Positions 13,910 through 28,877 of a stretch of 64,000 nt of DNA are shown one piece after another; within the stretch, counting starts at the first letter, position 1; each line of letters starts with the position of its first letter. Both the position numbers and the translations under genes were made by a program. The stretch is from Eledone cirrhosa (lineage: Eukaryota): assembly GCA_964016885.1 (NCBI GenBank), contig OZ024740.1, positions 110,608,001 through 110,672,000 on the forward strand, read 5' to 3'. The notes beneath the pieces were generated by a model that saw only the letters and a program-made list of their open reading frames with translations, was not told where the DNA came from and ran no database searches.

Positions 13910-15386
13910 CATACGTATATGTGTGTATGTATGTATCTGTATGTGTGCGTGTTTATGTATGTATACAGGACCACATAAATATGCGTTTAATTATATAATT
14001 ACACGTATACTGGTATTTACAGAAATGAACGATATATTTCCAGGCAGACTAACAAGAAAATAATTCGATGGGGTTATTTGAGCGATCTTGCTTTATATTT
14101 ATGTTGCAACCGTGTGTGTATGTTTGTGTGTATGCATCTGTATGTATGTATGTATGTTTGTATGTATGTATCTATGTATGTATTAGGTCGTTAAGTATGA
14201 AATTTGTAGACTTTTTTTTTTGTACAAATTTCTACAAATTTCATACTTAACGACCCAATATTTATGTAAGTATGTATGGAAGCATGCATTTAATTATGTA
14301 CGTATATATGTATGTACTTATGCATGTGTGTATGTATCTACGTACGTACGTATGTATGTATGTATGTGTTTGTTTGTGTGCGTGTATGTATCTGTGTGTG
14401 TGTACGAGCAATCATACAAATATAGAGACCACACCATGCCACACACATACACCAGGAACATAAATAAAGCACTGCATTCTTTAGTGACGCCTAATGTTGT
14501 AAAATATATTGGTTTGAGTGAAGAGTTGTTTTCGTCATAGCTGACAAAGAAGGGAAATTACACATGCTTGTGATACCATATCACCCCTGAAACATTCTCT
14601 TTTTACATTTACATATTTCTTGTTTACTTCAGTATTCTTCTTTCTAAAAATAATTATTTTCGTTTCACCGCTTCTCCTTCAGAAAGAAGACGACAATAAC
14701 AACTAAAAAACAGACAGAAAGAGATACAACTATTGATACTACCAGACTTATAACTACTTTTGTTACGAGAATAACAACAAAGTGAATCTCTACTAGGATA
14801 AACACAACGAATATAAATACAATAGGGACTATGCTGAAAAATAAACCTCATTTAGTCATTCCATGAAAGTATCTTGGTCAGCCTATGAACCTTCCAGCCG
14901 ACACACGTATACACACACTGACGCAAATATGCATACAAGTGCACACACAAATATAATGCGCGCGCATACAGATATAAGGTATGTGTATGCACATGCCGAC
15001 ATAAGTAATCAAATTATTCGAGTTGATATGATATCCGGCTACTTCGAGAGCGGAGCTTCAATTTCATTAACAAAAAATTCATTAATTTCTTAATTTGAAC
15101 TGTACTGCATTTCTGTTGCAAACACTTCACGGAATTTCCGGAGAAATATCGAATTGGGTGGATCATCTATCGAAAGATATTATAAATACACCTGATCACT
15201 AGAATTTGAATGGTTCATAAATTAAGAGTCACACAATTGATGATCCACTATTGTGTATATTTCCTGTGATCTCTGTGTAGTCACAGCCAATATATAAATG
15301 AATTCTACTGCATGTAGCTACTATTTCTATCGTTTGGATATCAAACCTACAAACAGACATACCCACACAACTATATTCATGTGTAT

Positions 15387-15510
<124 letters not shown>

Positions 15511-15702
15511 GTGAGGTTTTTTTTTACAAAATGAAAAATAACCGAGGTGTCCTACACGAGTGAAAGAATAAAGAAAAAAAGATGAAATCGAAAATGCAAC
15601 TGGAGTCTTATTTTAAAAAAAAAATATATATTTATTTGGTTCCTTTACCGGTTTCGCAGTTCTGCTTTTCAAAAGTAGAGTTGAGATGGAGGGTCTGTGG
15701 TT

Positions 15703-15770
<68 letters not shown>

Positions 15771-15864
15771 GCACACATATATATATATAGAATAAGGAAA
15801 TACAAAGTTTAGATGATAAAGTCCTTTATTGATAAGGCCGTTATACATATTTCGAGGACCCCAT

Positions 15865-16070
15865 TTGGTTATGCAATACAGCGTAGAAGCTAGTGACATG
15901 CTCAAGGAGGTAATCCAAAACTGAAGTGACAAAGGGAACGAACATCGCTGTTTGTCCGTTCCCTTTGTCACATTAATTTTGGATTACCTCCTTGGTTGTA
16001 ACTTTATTGTGTAAGACGCTGTCTGAAGAGAGCATCACACTAGCTTCTACGCTGTATTGCGTTACCAAGT
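15865..16070. repeat. Interrupted palindrome
   Basis: gcaatacagcgtagaagctagtg/cactagcttctacgctgtattgc, aaggaggtaatccaaaa/ttttggattacctcctt and gtgacaaagggaacg/cgttccctttgtcac are nested. Confidence 0.8.
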
Positions 16071-16544
16071 GGTTGAACATAACCGATATCATTCAGATAG
16101 AGAGAGAATGGTAGAGGAAGTAAGAAATAGTAATAGAGGAAGAAGCTACCACAGTATATGTCTGGTAATTTATTTATCAACCTCGATCTCATAAAAAGCG
16201 AAGTTGACCTCAGTGTCATTTGAACTCAGAAAGCAGAGAGCCTGAATGAACACTGTAAAGCACTCTATCCAACGTCCTATCGACCGGCCAATTCGCTATA
16301 CTCTCTCTCTCTATCTCTCCCCCGCCCGCTCTCTCTCTCTCACACACACACACACGCACACACAAATATATATATATGTGTATAGTAATAATAAATTTGA
16401 AGACTAAAATCCAAAGAGGGCTCGATAAGGATAAATATATATCGAATATATAAGAACCGTAGAGCAAATATTTATTAAAATAACAGATTAAAGTTTAAGC
16501 AAAGAATCGTTGCTTTCACCCTTAATATATATATATATATATAA

Positions 16545-17103
16545 ATGGAAAAAATGAAATTTCATTTCTCATTCTTAGTACGGCTGATACTTAAATATAA
16601 GTATGTATACGTATATGTACGCATGGGTTTACCGAACATTTATTATAATGTTCAGTTTGTTTGTAAACAAACTGTCCGAATTAAGCCGTACAGTGTTCAG
16701 CAAACATCGTTGCCCTTTTGTTCAACACTGACAAAGGAACGATGAACTAGTAACGACTAACTCACTCGATATGCAAATTAGGCTGCTCAGCCGTTAATAT
16801 GCATAAGGATAGTATATACTTTCAAACGTTCAATCGACTGACAGGAAGGTATACGATGCTGACGATAGCTAATAAGCTTGAAACTATTTCATCGTTCCTT
16901 TGTCAGTGTTGAACAAAAGGGCAACGATGGTTGCCGAACACTGTACGGCTTAATTCGGGCGGTTTGTTTACAAACAAACCGAACATTATAATAAATGTTC
17001 GGTAAACCCATACGTACATATATATATATATGTGTGCATGTATGTATGTATATACATACTACTGTACGCCTGTATGCATATATGTATGTATGTATACATA
17101 CTT

Positions 17104-17106
<3 letters not shown>
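16545..17106. mobile_element. Retrozyme-like family B, third locus (inverted pair)
   Basis: Inversion at ~16752; HHR on + at 16854-16894 with mutated stem III; (TA)n on both sides. Confidence 0.75.
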
Positions 17107-17156
<50 letters not shown>

Positions 17157-18289
17157 CTTAGTGAAAGGGGGAGGAAGATGAATGATGGTGAAATGGAAAT
17201 ACACTGAATTTATAAATCTATTCTAGATACATTCCATCTACTTTGCTAGTAAGGTAATACCGATATCATCTATGGCCTGTGTCCAATATGGCTTCTGCAA
17301 AACAAAATGTACTTCACTGGCATAAGATCTCTCGCCTTTGAGAAAGAAATATCAATGAAAGCAGTGTTGCTGTCCTTGACATCAAGAAAAGCCTATAGTT
17401 CTATGATATATAGTATGATAAACCTTCTAGCTACATTGGCCACTTATCAGTTCCATCTGTCGCTCATCTCTTGGATTACATGTTCATGGCAGTACCTTTT
17501 ATTGTGATGTGCCACAACTTGGCATTTTTCTTTGTACCACAATCTATGAACTTTTGGAACGCCTCGAGGTTCAGTTTTGTCTCTTACACTCTTTCTGATA
17601 TACGGCAATGCTCTACTTCGACATCAATTAAACGTAAACATTCACACACACAAACACACACACCTACACACACATGCACGCACATACAAATATACTCACA
17701 TATGTCAACATTGTATAAAACTTTCCCCTCACCGTTCATTAGATTTACAAAGAATCAAACACATAAGGACTAGACATATTTTAAAAAAAACATCCCCATT
17801 GGGGAACAACCCAATTTTAATTCCCTTCAGTATCACGATATCATCCTTAAATCACATTTTACTATCTTATGTTTGGATGTGTTAACGCAGTTTCTTTACG
17901 GGGTAGAATTAAAATTGCAACTAAATGACCTTTAAATCACACTTTACTGTCTTATGTAGGTATATATGTTTTTATGCCCTAAAGAGAAAGATCTCTGCAT
18001 GGTAGCTAGATCTGATACAAATAGCGCCCTAACCTCCCTTAAATCATACCCTGACGTATTTGGAAAGGTAATATCAAATTTTGTCAGGCATATTTCTAAA
18101 CCGATGGGATGGTCACAACTGGATATGATTTAAGCCATAACTTTGAGAGATCAAAGCTGACCTGCAACAACAATAACAACAACAGTGATGACGGCAACAG
18201 CAAAATATGATAGATAGCGAACAGTCCTAGTAGAGGAAGTTAAAACTTATGGGGAAATAGCAATGCATAGCTTTGTGTTGCCTTTTAAT

Positions 18290-18600
18290 TATGCAGGCAT
18301 GACTTTGTGGTTAAGATCTCAGATTTGATCATACGGCATTGCATCTTGGATAAACATCTTTACCATAGTCTTCATTCGATCCAAGATGTGAAGGAAATTG
18401 GGTTGATGAACAATAGGGACAAGCTCATGGGATGTATTGTATCTGTGATTCAATGTTTTGTAATATGTACCACGCTGATACTATCTGAGAATTATGTTAA
18501 GGGCTCACGTGTTTATTGAATACTCAACCCTTTAAATGTTAATCCCATGAGTTATACATTTAGTTGATTGGATAACTGAATGTTCATCGTGGAAGCCAAC
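18290..18600 (+). mobile_element. tRNA-derived SINE family 2 (diverged)
   Basis: Similar to copies at ~28070-28210, ~42980-43070, ~43400-43710, ~45320-45620, ~50130-50425 (+) and ~51050-51265, ~52765-52995 (-); core cttgagcaagacactttat. Confidence 0.55.
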
Positions 18601-18639
18601 ATAGGTTCCATCATGCTGGGAGGAATATATGTATGTAAG

Positions 18640-19104
18640 CAGTGGCGGACTGGGACTAAAATATTGGTTGCCAGGAGATGAAGGGGGCCCATCTACATAT
18701 AGAATGCTATCATTTAATTTTTATAATGAATAAATAACATTTTCGAAAAGCACATAAGTGGAAACAAAACAGTACAATAACATTTTTGCGGAAAAATATC
18801 TTACCTTCTCCAATAAAAAATATGTATTTTGTGAAATTTACAGACTTTGAATAATGACTAGAAGTCGACCCTAAATATTACAAATAGCTCAAGGAAAGCC
18901 ATGAACGACACCACATCTTTTTAATTTTGATTTTGAAAGAAGGTTTATAATTATCAATTTTCAGTATAAGTTTGTAGCTGTCTCGGTGGCCTAGTGGAAG
19001 GAATCACAGACGGTGGTGATCCTGCTCCGAAGATCGATCCTGGTCGGGAGTAGGGTTCTCGGTAAACCTTTTCAGTTTTTTTTCTATTGGTTGTAAAATA
19101 AAAA
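18640..19104 (+). mobile_element. Non-autonomous DNA transposon end (hAT-like terminus CAGTGGCGGACTGGG) with tRNA-like A/B boxes
   Basis: Matches the reverse complement of 34805-35271; terminus also at 34241. Confidence 0.6.
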
Positions 19105-21275
19105 GATGTTTCAACAAAAAGTTCGATGTCAGAGCTGCAACAACTTAGGAGAAATATGGCTACAGTCAGGCTGGACTACAGGAAAGCATTTGATTTTGTT
19201 CCCCATTCTTGGATGATAGAGAGGCCTTCCGGCTTGCTAAGGTCCCAGACATTATTATCAGAGCCATGGAGAAGCTGTCTTATTCTTGGGCTACTATCCT
19301 AAAATTAAAAACAGATAAGTAGGACTCTATTTCCACTGATAAAGTAGAATATCACAGGGGTATATTTCAAGGAGACAGTCTCTCTGTGCTGCTATTTACC
19401 TTGTCGTTAAACCCCTTGTTCTTTTTGCTCAAGAAATAGGAAGGATACATCATTGGCTCACAGGAGGACAGACATACGAATTTAACCCATAATTTCTTTG
19501 TGGATGACCTGAAACTCTATACCAAGAACAAATGGGATGAAGAAAAATCTTGACTTGGTTACAACGTTCTGAAAGGATATAGGAATGGAGTTTGGTCAAG
19601 ATAAATGTTCGTATATGATTGTAAAATGGGGAAAAACTACAATCCAATCTAGAAACATTTGTATCAATGGTCTAACTGTTTCACTGATATCTGACGAGGA
19701 CTGCTACAGCTACCTAGGGAGAGATGGAAATATATCCTATAATGGAATTTGTAATAAGGAACGCGTAACCAGGAAATATTACACCCGATTAAGAAAAATA
19801 TGGCCATCGGAATTCCCTGCGCACAGTAAAACAGTGGCTCACAATGTTATGCTGCACCTGTCCTAACACCAACGTTTGAAATACTTGAGTGGACGATAGG
19901 CGAAATCCGAACAATTGATGATCAAATTTGAAAAATTCTAAACAGCACCGGAAACTTCCACATTATCACTGACACAGGCCACCTGTACTTGAAACGTAAG
20001 TAGGAAGGCAGAGGCCTAACATGGTTCCAGACAGCATTTGAGTGTCGCATCATATCGCCCTGACAACACTTACGAACCTCCAAGCGTAGGAGCCCATCTA
20101 TTGAACAATTCTGTCTGCGTGAGACAGATAAGATCATGAGAGTTGGGAAGGAACTCATTGCATGATAATTAAAAACTCAAATCCACGGAAATTGCCCATC
20201 AATATCACAGCAAATCCATGGATGAAAAACTGCATGCTTCTCAGCAAAAAATCATGCATGGCTACGTTGCCAGGAAGCTCCAGAGTGAGAGTATAGATAA
20301 ACGAAGTAGTCTATCTTGAACCAACAACCGCTATGTTCGCTCCCACTCTGAAGGATATGCTTTTGCATTCCAAGAACAGGAAATCAACACAAAATACCTG
20401 TTTCACAAAAGAGATAGGGATGCAGGCAAAACAGCTAGATGTGACAATAAATGCAGACTCTGCAGAATTAAAATCGAAGATGTCATCCATATGATAAGCA
20501 GCTGTCCAAAGATGTCATCGCGGTACTCTCTACCTATCAGGCATGATGTAGTGGCTGAAACACTGTACAATGCAATCCGTAGATAAGATAACCCCGACAA
20601 TAAGCACATTAAAAGCTACAGCAATGTGAAATACATACACATACATAGTATGAAAGAGTACTGGTGGAATGTTTCAGTAAAAGCCACAATAAAATGCAGG
20701 CATAACAGACCAGATATTATGATATAGGACAGGGAAAAGAAGGCATGCACAGTAGTGGAAGTTAGCTGCCAAGTAGATGCCAATATAATATTAAATATTA
20801 GCGAAAAGGAGAATATCTATGCATAACTAATGAGAAATCTAGATACTCCACCCTGACTATACCTTTAGATGTATACCTCTGGTTATTGGGGCACTGGGAT
20901 ATGTTAGTAACTGTCTCAGTACAAATCTTGAGAATCTAGGCTTCACAGAAACAGAAAGAACAGGACTAGTTAGGAAATTACAATTACAATCCATTAATGG
21001 AACAGTAAAAATATGTAAAACATTCCAAAAATTCTGCATTTAATAACTTCATGTACATATTTACAGATACAAAGCATATACACATGCACAAATATAACTA
21101 AAAAAATTAACCTCCACACATACAATAACATCATACCCGCACAAACATGTATGCCGACATGCATACATATCTACCTAGTTGATGTGTAAATTCCAATGAA
21201 AGAATCTTGTGTCTATGTTAGAAACTGACTCTCTCTTTATTGGTAAACGTTTGTAAAATTATAAAACCAGAAGAA
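19105..21275 (+). mobile_element. 5'-truncated, decayed R4/Dong-like non-LTR retrotransposon (RT + CCHC + RLE endonuclease)
   Basis: LDYRKAFD, GIFQGDSLS, FVDDLKLY, CRLC...H...C, RHD, RPDI..., VEVSC motifs with stops/frameshifts; ORF stop 21041-21043; runs into (CATA)n. Confidence 0.85.
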
Positions 21276-21409
21276 CATACATACGTACATACATACATAC
21301 ATACATACATACATACATACATACATACATACATACATACATGCATGCATACATACATACTTACATACACACATACATACATACATACATACATACATAC
21401 ATACATACA

Positions 21410-21441
<32 letters not shown>

Positions 21442-21442
<1 letters not shown>

Positions 21443-22340
21443 GATGGCTGCAAACTCTGCTAAGAGTATTGCAATCGCTTGTAACAGATCCCGAACAACC
21501 AATGTCAGTGCTTTGAAAGTTTTTAAAGTGGGGAAACGCCTTGCACTCGACCAATTCCACTCTCTGAGCATCGAAAACACTACACGAAAATGAGAACTGG
21601 TCAACATCATCAGATGCTTCCGAAGCCGCAGGTATTTTTCCAGAGTTTCCCTCCCCTAGAAAGGTGTTCTGACAACAACTGGGGGCCTTCCACTCCCAGG
21701 TGGAAAAAAAAAGTACTATTTGGATGGCTGTTGACTCTGCTGAGTTCCTCCGCCCTTTGCCGGTTCTTGTATTTCATCCCGCAGGCTGTCTAAATATCAC
21801 CCTCCTCACCAAGCCACTTTGGTGGGGTTGCCAGCTTAGTCACCGACGACCAGAAAATGAGATAGGTTGTACTGGGTTACATATTACATGATGGCTGCAA
21901 ACTCTGCCAAGAGTATTGCAATCGCTTGTCAGATTCAGATGTGGGACGCTCGGATATGGCTTTTCAAGCCTGCTAGAGACTTGCACTGCTTCACACACTG
22001 ACGACAACTATGGATCTCCCTGGCTTGAGGTCCCGCATCAGGTTGCTCGTGAACCCTCACAACACCGTGGAGATCATAATTAACTGGTTCTCTTTGAACA
22101 TGGCTGCGACTGTGGCTCCTGAGACCAGATTTGCTCAAGCAAATGTTTTTGTTACATACATACAATACTGGTTGTCTGCTCAATATAAAGCTTGTCCGCT
22201 CCAGTGTACATGATGCACTGTCCTGGCATGATATCTTATGTGACTTTTTAGACCAAACATACTTTTAAAAAGTTTTCCACATAATATGCATATTAGTTTT
22301 GGTGAAGCTTGGACTCCCTGTGAAATAAAATATCTCTTTA
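21442..22340 (-). mobile_element. LINE 3' end with C2H2 zinc-finger repeats (RTE-like) and 3' UTR
   Basis: CGKLFKSMFGLKSHIRYH, CLSKSGLRSHSRSH, CRQCVKQCKSLAGLKSHIRASH then stop; terminal ~40 bp duplicated (21442, 21889); UTR copy at ~53679-53965. Confidence 0.55.
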
Positions 22341-22639
22341 GCCCGCATTGAGATTTGTTGATATTGTGTCATATGTGGCATTGACAAGGGTGAAACTGGT
22401 TTCTATATTCTATAGAGTAGTGTAGCATTGTCATATGTGATTCTAAAGCGTAGTCTCAGTTTTTTAAAGCTTACATTTTCGGTACACCATTTCACACTCA
22501 CGACCACTTTCACAGATTTTTACACAGTAAAATCGATGTCGGTGCCGGGGTATGAGCACAACATGTCCATGGTACGTACGTAATACATAACCTGTCGATA
22601 GATGAGTATCATGACGCAGCGGTCATGGTAAATAATATA

Positions 22640-22804
22640 TACCATGTCGATGGATGGGTATCGAGAGGATATGGCCATGGTATCTAATATAGAAGCTGTC
22701 AGGTTAGTAGAGAGGTTGTATTCTCTGATTATGCTTAGAAAGTCCTTCGTACTGTCACATACAAATGAGAACATTTTGATTATGGGCAGCATGACCACCC
22801 CCAA

Positions 22805-22805
<1 letters not shown>
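22640..22805 (-). pseudogene. PLE RT fragment
   Basis: LPIIKMFSFVCDSTKDFLSII...ILDTMAISSRYPSID resembles the PLE RT region LKPL..PSFIRDDIDFL...SFDVVSLYTNI. Confidence 0.45.
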
Positions 22806-22845
<40 letters not shown>

Positions 22846-23122
22846 TATATATGTATGTGTGTGCGTGTGTTTGTTTGTGTGTGTGTCCGTGTGTGTGTCC
22901 GTGTGTGTGTCCGTGTGTGTGTGTGTGTGTCTAGTTTCGTCAGTTTAGTTCTTCACATATTTCCTACCACATATTCTCCCAACCTACCCAAAAGTAAAAC
23001 ATATATCTATTAATAAATAAAATAAAAACTAAAAAAATAAAACGAAACAGAAACCAGACGTTAGCAAAGAAAACATAAAAGTCAAATTCACAAAAAGGCG
23101 TAAATGAGCAATAGCTGTGTCA

Positions 23123-23201
<79 letters not shown>

Positions 23202-23645
23202 GTATGATATTATATATATGTATGTATACACGGGGAGAAAATTAGCAAATAATAAATGAAGAAATGCACAAAATAAGTAGAATAAACGAGAAAATAAATA
23301 ATAGAGAAATGGATCGAGGCGGTGTTTAGTTCTTTGACAGAAAGGTGATGAGTTCCAGAATGGTTTTTGCAAGACTCGGAATTTTTGCCATTAGTTGTTT
23401 GTTGGCAAATCTTAGGCAGTGAGCCGTTCATAGGAGTTGTCAAATTTACTAAGTGTCTATGTCCAAGCAAGTATTATATTACATTGCTTGAGGGGGCGAA
23501 CAGATTCGGGTCGGTGTGAAAATAAAACGATTCCGTTAGTAGCCCAAAGGGGAGACAATAAAGACAACCATCATCATCATATTAGAAAGAAGCCATCTTA
23601 GATTAACGACAATCTTTCCACAATTTCTTTGTTTACACTATTATG

Positions 23646-23732
<87 letters not shown>

Positions 23733-23820
23733 ATATACATACATACACACACACACATATATATATACAATATATATGTATTTCATCGGCATTTTGTTCA
23801 TTTCTGATTTCTTTCTATTA

Positions 23821-24307
<487 letters not shown>

Positions 24308-24324
24308 ATATATATATATAATAA

Positions 24325-24387
<63 letters not shown>

Positions 24388-24820
24388 CATGCGTGGGTCC
24401 GGTCTCGTCATTTACTTGAATTTTCATATTAATGTATGTTGGCTCTGATTTTTTTACTTCCCTATATATATTTTTTATTTTTTTACTTTTGTCCTCGCTT
24501 ATTTTTTTGTCTGTTTGCAATTTCTATTTTAATATTTTTATTTTATTATTTCTTTTATATCATTGACATGTTTTTTGTTATTTGGATTTAATAGGGGAAA
24601 AATTGTCTTGGAATCTACTGGAGATAATTTTAGGTTTTAGGTTAAATACTGACAATTTATAAGATAAAGGGAGAGAAGAAGAAAAAAAAAAGCACCTACG
24701 TGAACGGTAAAATATATAGACGAGATAAGAAGATGCGGGGGAGGGGGAGGTAGGGAGAAGAAAAGGGGACGAAAACGTCGAAGTATATGATGGGGACGTT
24801 TTGGAAGCATTAGTAGTAGC

Positions 24821-24862
<42 letters not shown>

Positions 24863-25168
24863 CATAGATGTAGCAGTAGTAGTAGTTGTAGTGGCAGACG
24901 TCGTATATGAAGCAACAGCAGCAGCAGCAATAGTAGTAGTAGTAGTAGTAGGAGTATTGGTGATAGTAGTAGTAATGGTAGAATTCGTAGATGTAGGAGT
25001 AGTAATAGTAGTAGTAGTTGTTGTTGTTGTAGCAGTAGTGGTACCGAGGTTAACTTTGTCTTCCATCCTCACGGTGTCGATAAAATAAAGTACCAGTCAC
25101 GTACTGGGGTCAATATAATTGACTTTCCCCTCCCCCAAAATTGCTGGCCTTGTGCCTATATAAAAAAC

Positions 25169-25227
<59 letters not shown>

Positions 25228-25425
25228 GGGCGGTGGATTGGCAGTATCGGTAGAGGGTCTGACGCCATGCTTTGCAGTAAAGAGTTATGACCCTTTATGG
25301 TCTGAGTTCAAATGCCGCCGAGGTTAACTTTGCCTTTCATTCTTACGGGGTCGATAAAATAAAGTACCAGTAATACACTGGTATAATTGCTGGCCTTGTG
25401 CCAAAAGTAGAAACAATTATTATTA
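25228..25425 (+). mobile_element. SINE family 1
   Basis: Shared core; partial copy also at 25044-25170. Confidence 0.85.
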
Positions 25426-25427
25426 TT

Positions 25428-27430
25428 AGTTGCGCAATTCCAACCAGGTCCATACACGACAATCTCCACCTCATGCGATACATCATAGAGAGGGTAGGGT
25501 GTAAACCTGGCTTCGGTGGGGCTCTGATCAATTTAGATCAATCGAAAGCATTCGATAGGGTCGACCATCGGTACCAGGAGGCTGTCCTCAAGGCGGCTGG
25601 CTTCGGCCCCGTCTTCAGAAGCTGGATCGCTGCAATGCACAGCGGCACCTGCTCGGTGGTCAAAATTAATGGCCACCTCTCGATCGGTCCGTCAAGGGTG
25701 CCCTCTCTCCTCCCTTCTGTACGTATTGACTCGAGCCTTTACTGCAGAAGCTGCAGCTGTTGCAGGTCATCCCACTCGAACCGGGACGCGGAAAGGCTGT
25801 GTCGGCTTATGCGGACGACATCAACATGATGGTGTCGGACACCTCAGAAATCGAGGTGGTTGGCAACTTATTGGAGGAATATGAAAGGTTGACGGGAGCA
25901 AAACTTAACCCGGAAAAGTCGGTGGGCTTGCAACTCGGCACCTGGAGAGGCAAGTCCATGCCGTCCAACAGCGTCGTTAGGCGCTGGACGGAGGGACCGG
26001 TAAAGTTGCTCGGGGTTTGGTTCGGGCCAGACCTCCAGGTGGATAAGAATTGGGAGGAGGTGACGGGGAAGGTAGCCAGTCTCACCCAGAAATGGGATGG
26101 GATGAAGCTATCACTGAAAGGTCGGGCGGATGTGGCGAACGCGTACATCGCGTCCGTCATCTACTACCGTCTGACCACCGTCCCTTCCCCCGTTCGCGCC
26201 TCGCCATCTTGGAGCGGCTCTTCTTCAAATTCTTGTGGAGGGGTCAGGTTTCGCTGGTGAGGCGGTCCATCTGTTGCCAGCACCCTCTACGTGGAGGGCT
26301 GGGCATGCCGTGGCTAATGATGCGCAGACACGCGCTGAGGCTGCGGCATCTCCAGATATTTTGCCTAAACGGTGAACAGGTGTGGTCGCCGTTTGTCAGA
26401 CGGGCCTTTCCGCAGCTCGTTTCTTTGACTGAGCTGCAGTCCTGGGTCAAGAAGAGACCGAGACTGGGTGACTGGCATCTGGAATGTTTCCAGACACTCA
26501 CTGCCCTCTACCAGGCAGGCAATGCAATCAGTGGAACTTCCACTCTCGAGTTCTATAGAGGATTAGTGGTGGGCAAGTGCGACGACGCACTCGGAGAGGC
26601 TCTGGGAGTCAACGAAGTCGAACTAACCAGTCTGTACTGGAGGACTTTCGAGCCGGGGACGATGGATCATTTCCAAAAATGCCTCGCTTGGCAGTACTAC
26701 CGGTGGGCACTGCCGGTTCGAGATAAACTCTACAGGCACGGAAGTGCTGTCAGACGGACCTGCCCGAGATGCGCGCAGAGCGACGAAACCGTTCTGCACG
26801 CACTCGTCCAGTGTCCGTGCATTACTGACTCTTGGAGTTATGTTGAACAGCTGTTGTCGCGTGTAGAACTGATCCGGCTATCGGCCGAGTCCATAGTGAA
26901 GATCGACCCGCCGCCTTCTTTTGGCCAGGAAGGGCAGGCAATTTTCCTCTGTCTGGTGGCAGTAGCGAAAGAGGTTATATGGTGGACGAGGTTGAAAGGA
27001 CTGAAGACAGACACTTTTCGCTTCGGCCAATCCCTCATCAACTTTTTCAAGTTTCACTTGGAAAGGAAGGTGAGGGTGGAGAGAGAAGTGCTGCACCCAG
27101 TACATTTGCTGAAAGGTGGGTGAATGTGGCGAGAATGGCCCGTGTGAGTGGGCCTACTCTGGTCATGCGGCTGTAGGTAGGTAAATTTGAGGAGGAGAGG
27201 GGGTGTCCTTCCAGGGTGCTCTCGAAGCGTCGGGTCGTTCAGGATTGGTGGAGTACCTGAGCGAACCCTGGGTGGTCGTCCCCCCTATTGGGGAATATTT
27301 TCTTGTAATTTTATTGTTACTTTGTCATTGTTATTCATATTGTTAACTCGATTTTTCTGTAAAAGCCCAATGTCCCAGTCTTTTGTATTGTCCCCTATAT
27401 GTCGGCCCTTGTGGCCAATAAATGAAATCA
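25428..27430 (+). mobile_element. 5'-truncated Tx1/L1-clade LINE ORF2 (RT + C-terminal CCHC), frameshifted
   Basis: RSIHDNL, LDQSKAFDRVDH, SVRQGCPLS, AYADDI, GGLGMP, CPRC...ETVLHALVQC; 3' end ttgtggccaataaa. Confidence 0.9.
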
Positions 27431-27451
27431 TTATTAGTAGTAGTAAGGCAA

Positions 27452-27567
27452 AGTCAAATCCTGCCGAGGTTGACTTTGCCTTTCATCCTTACGGGGTCGA
27501 TAAAATAAAGTACCAGTAATGCACTGGGTATTTGCTGGCCTTGTGCCTAAAGTAGAAACAATTATTA
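27452..27567 (+). mobile_element. SINE family 1, 5'-truncated, followed by (TAG)n
   Basis: Shared core. Confidence 0.8.
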
Positions 27568-27642
27568 ATAGTAGTACATGTAGTAATAGTAGTAGATGTA
27601 GTAGTAGTAGCAGTAGTAGTAGTAGTAGATGTAGTAGTAGAT

Positions 27643-27682
<40 letters not shown>

Positions 27683-27891
27683 ATGTAGTATTAGATGTAG
27701 TAGTAGATGAAGTAGTAGTAGTAGTAGTAGTAGTAGATGTAGTAGTAGATGGACTAGTAGTAGATGGACTAGTAGTAGTAGTAGTAGTAGTAGATGTAGT
27801 AGATGGAGTAGTACTAGTAGTAGTAGTAGATGTAGTAGTAGTAGTAGTAGTAGTAGATGTAGTAGTAGTAGCAGTAGCAGCAGCAGCAGCG

Positions 27892-27951
<60 letters not shown>

Positions 27952-28334
27952 CTCATAGAAAAATAAAACTTGTAATATTTTCTGATTTAGGCACAAAACC
28001 AACATTTTTTTAGAAATGAAGAGAAATTGATTAAATCGACTCCAGTGGGTTACAGCGTCAGTGTCTTGTTGGCACACGGCTTAGTTGTTAGAGCATTGGG
28101 CTTGCAATCTAATGGTTGTGAGTTCAATTCTCGGACCGGATGATGTGTTGTTTCCTTGAGCAAGACACTTTATTTCACGTTGCTCCAGTTTACTCAGCTG
28201 TAGAAATGGGATGATAGGACTGGGGGTCCCTATCATTAAATCACCCAAGACACCTCCAACGAGATATACCTTGGAGGAGGCCAGCTAAACTTGCATAGGT
28301 GTGAGCTGTCACACACACACACACAGTGCGTTTT

Positions 28335-28462
28335 AGGTACTTAATTTTACCGACCCCGTAAGGATGAAAGGCAAAGCCAACTTAAGTGAGATTTGAACTC
28401 AGAACGTGAAGGGACGTAACTCTATGTCACAAATCATGGTGTCCGAAGCCCTACCCATTCTA
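28335..28462 (-). mobile_element. SINE family 1 (diverged)
   Basis: Reverse complement of the core cgaccccgtaaggatgaaaggcaaag. Confidence 0.7.
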
Positions 28463-28877
28463 CTACAAATGTTTCGCCCTAATGCATTATTTATTCGTTT
28501 ATTGAAGAAGAATAAAAAATAGAAGAAACAAACGCATTGAAGCCAACAAAACAACAGGGACAACAACAACAACAACAACAACAAGGACAAGAAGAAGAAC
28601 AGCAACAAATATGTCCGGCGGTGACAAGCAAACAAACAATAGAAAAAAAACTCTATTCCAAATACAGTAGTCAATAAAATATAGAGGGGGAGATACTGAA
28701 AAAAATGGGAAGCAAAACTACGAAGCAATAAGAGTCAATAAGAAATACTTAAGGTTTCTTCTAGTGACCTACAAATAGGTGTCGTCTCCAAAATACAGGG
28801 GGTTTAGGAGTCATAGATATTCTAAAGAGGGGTCACAAGTGAAATATTGTTATTAGCAGACTCTTGAAATTTAACAT

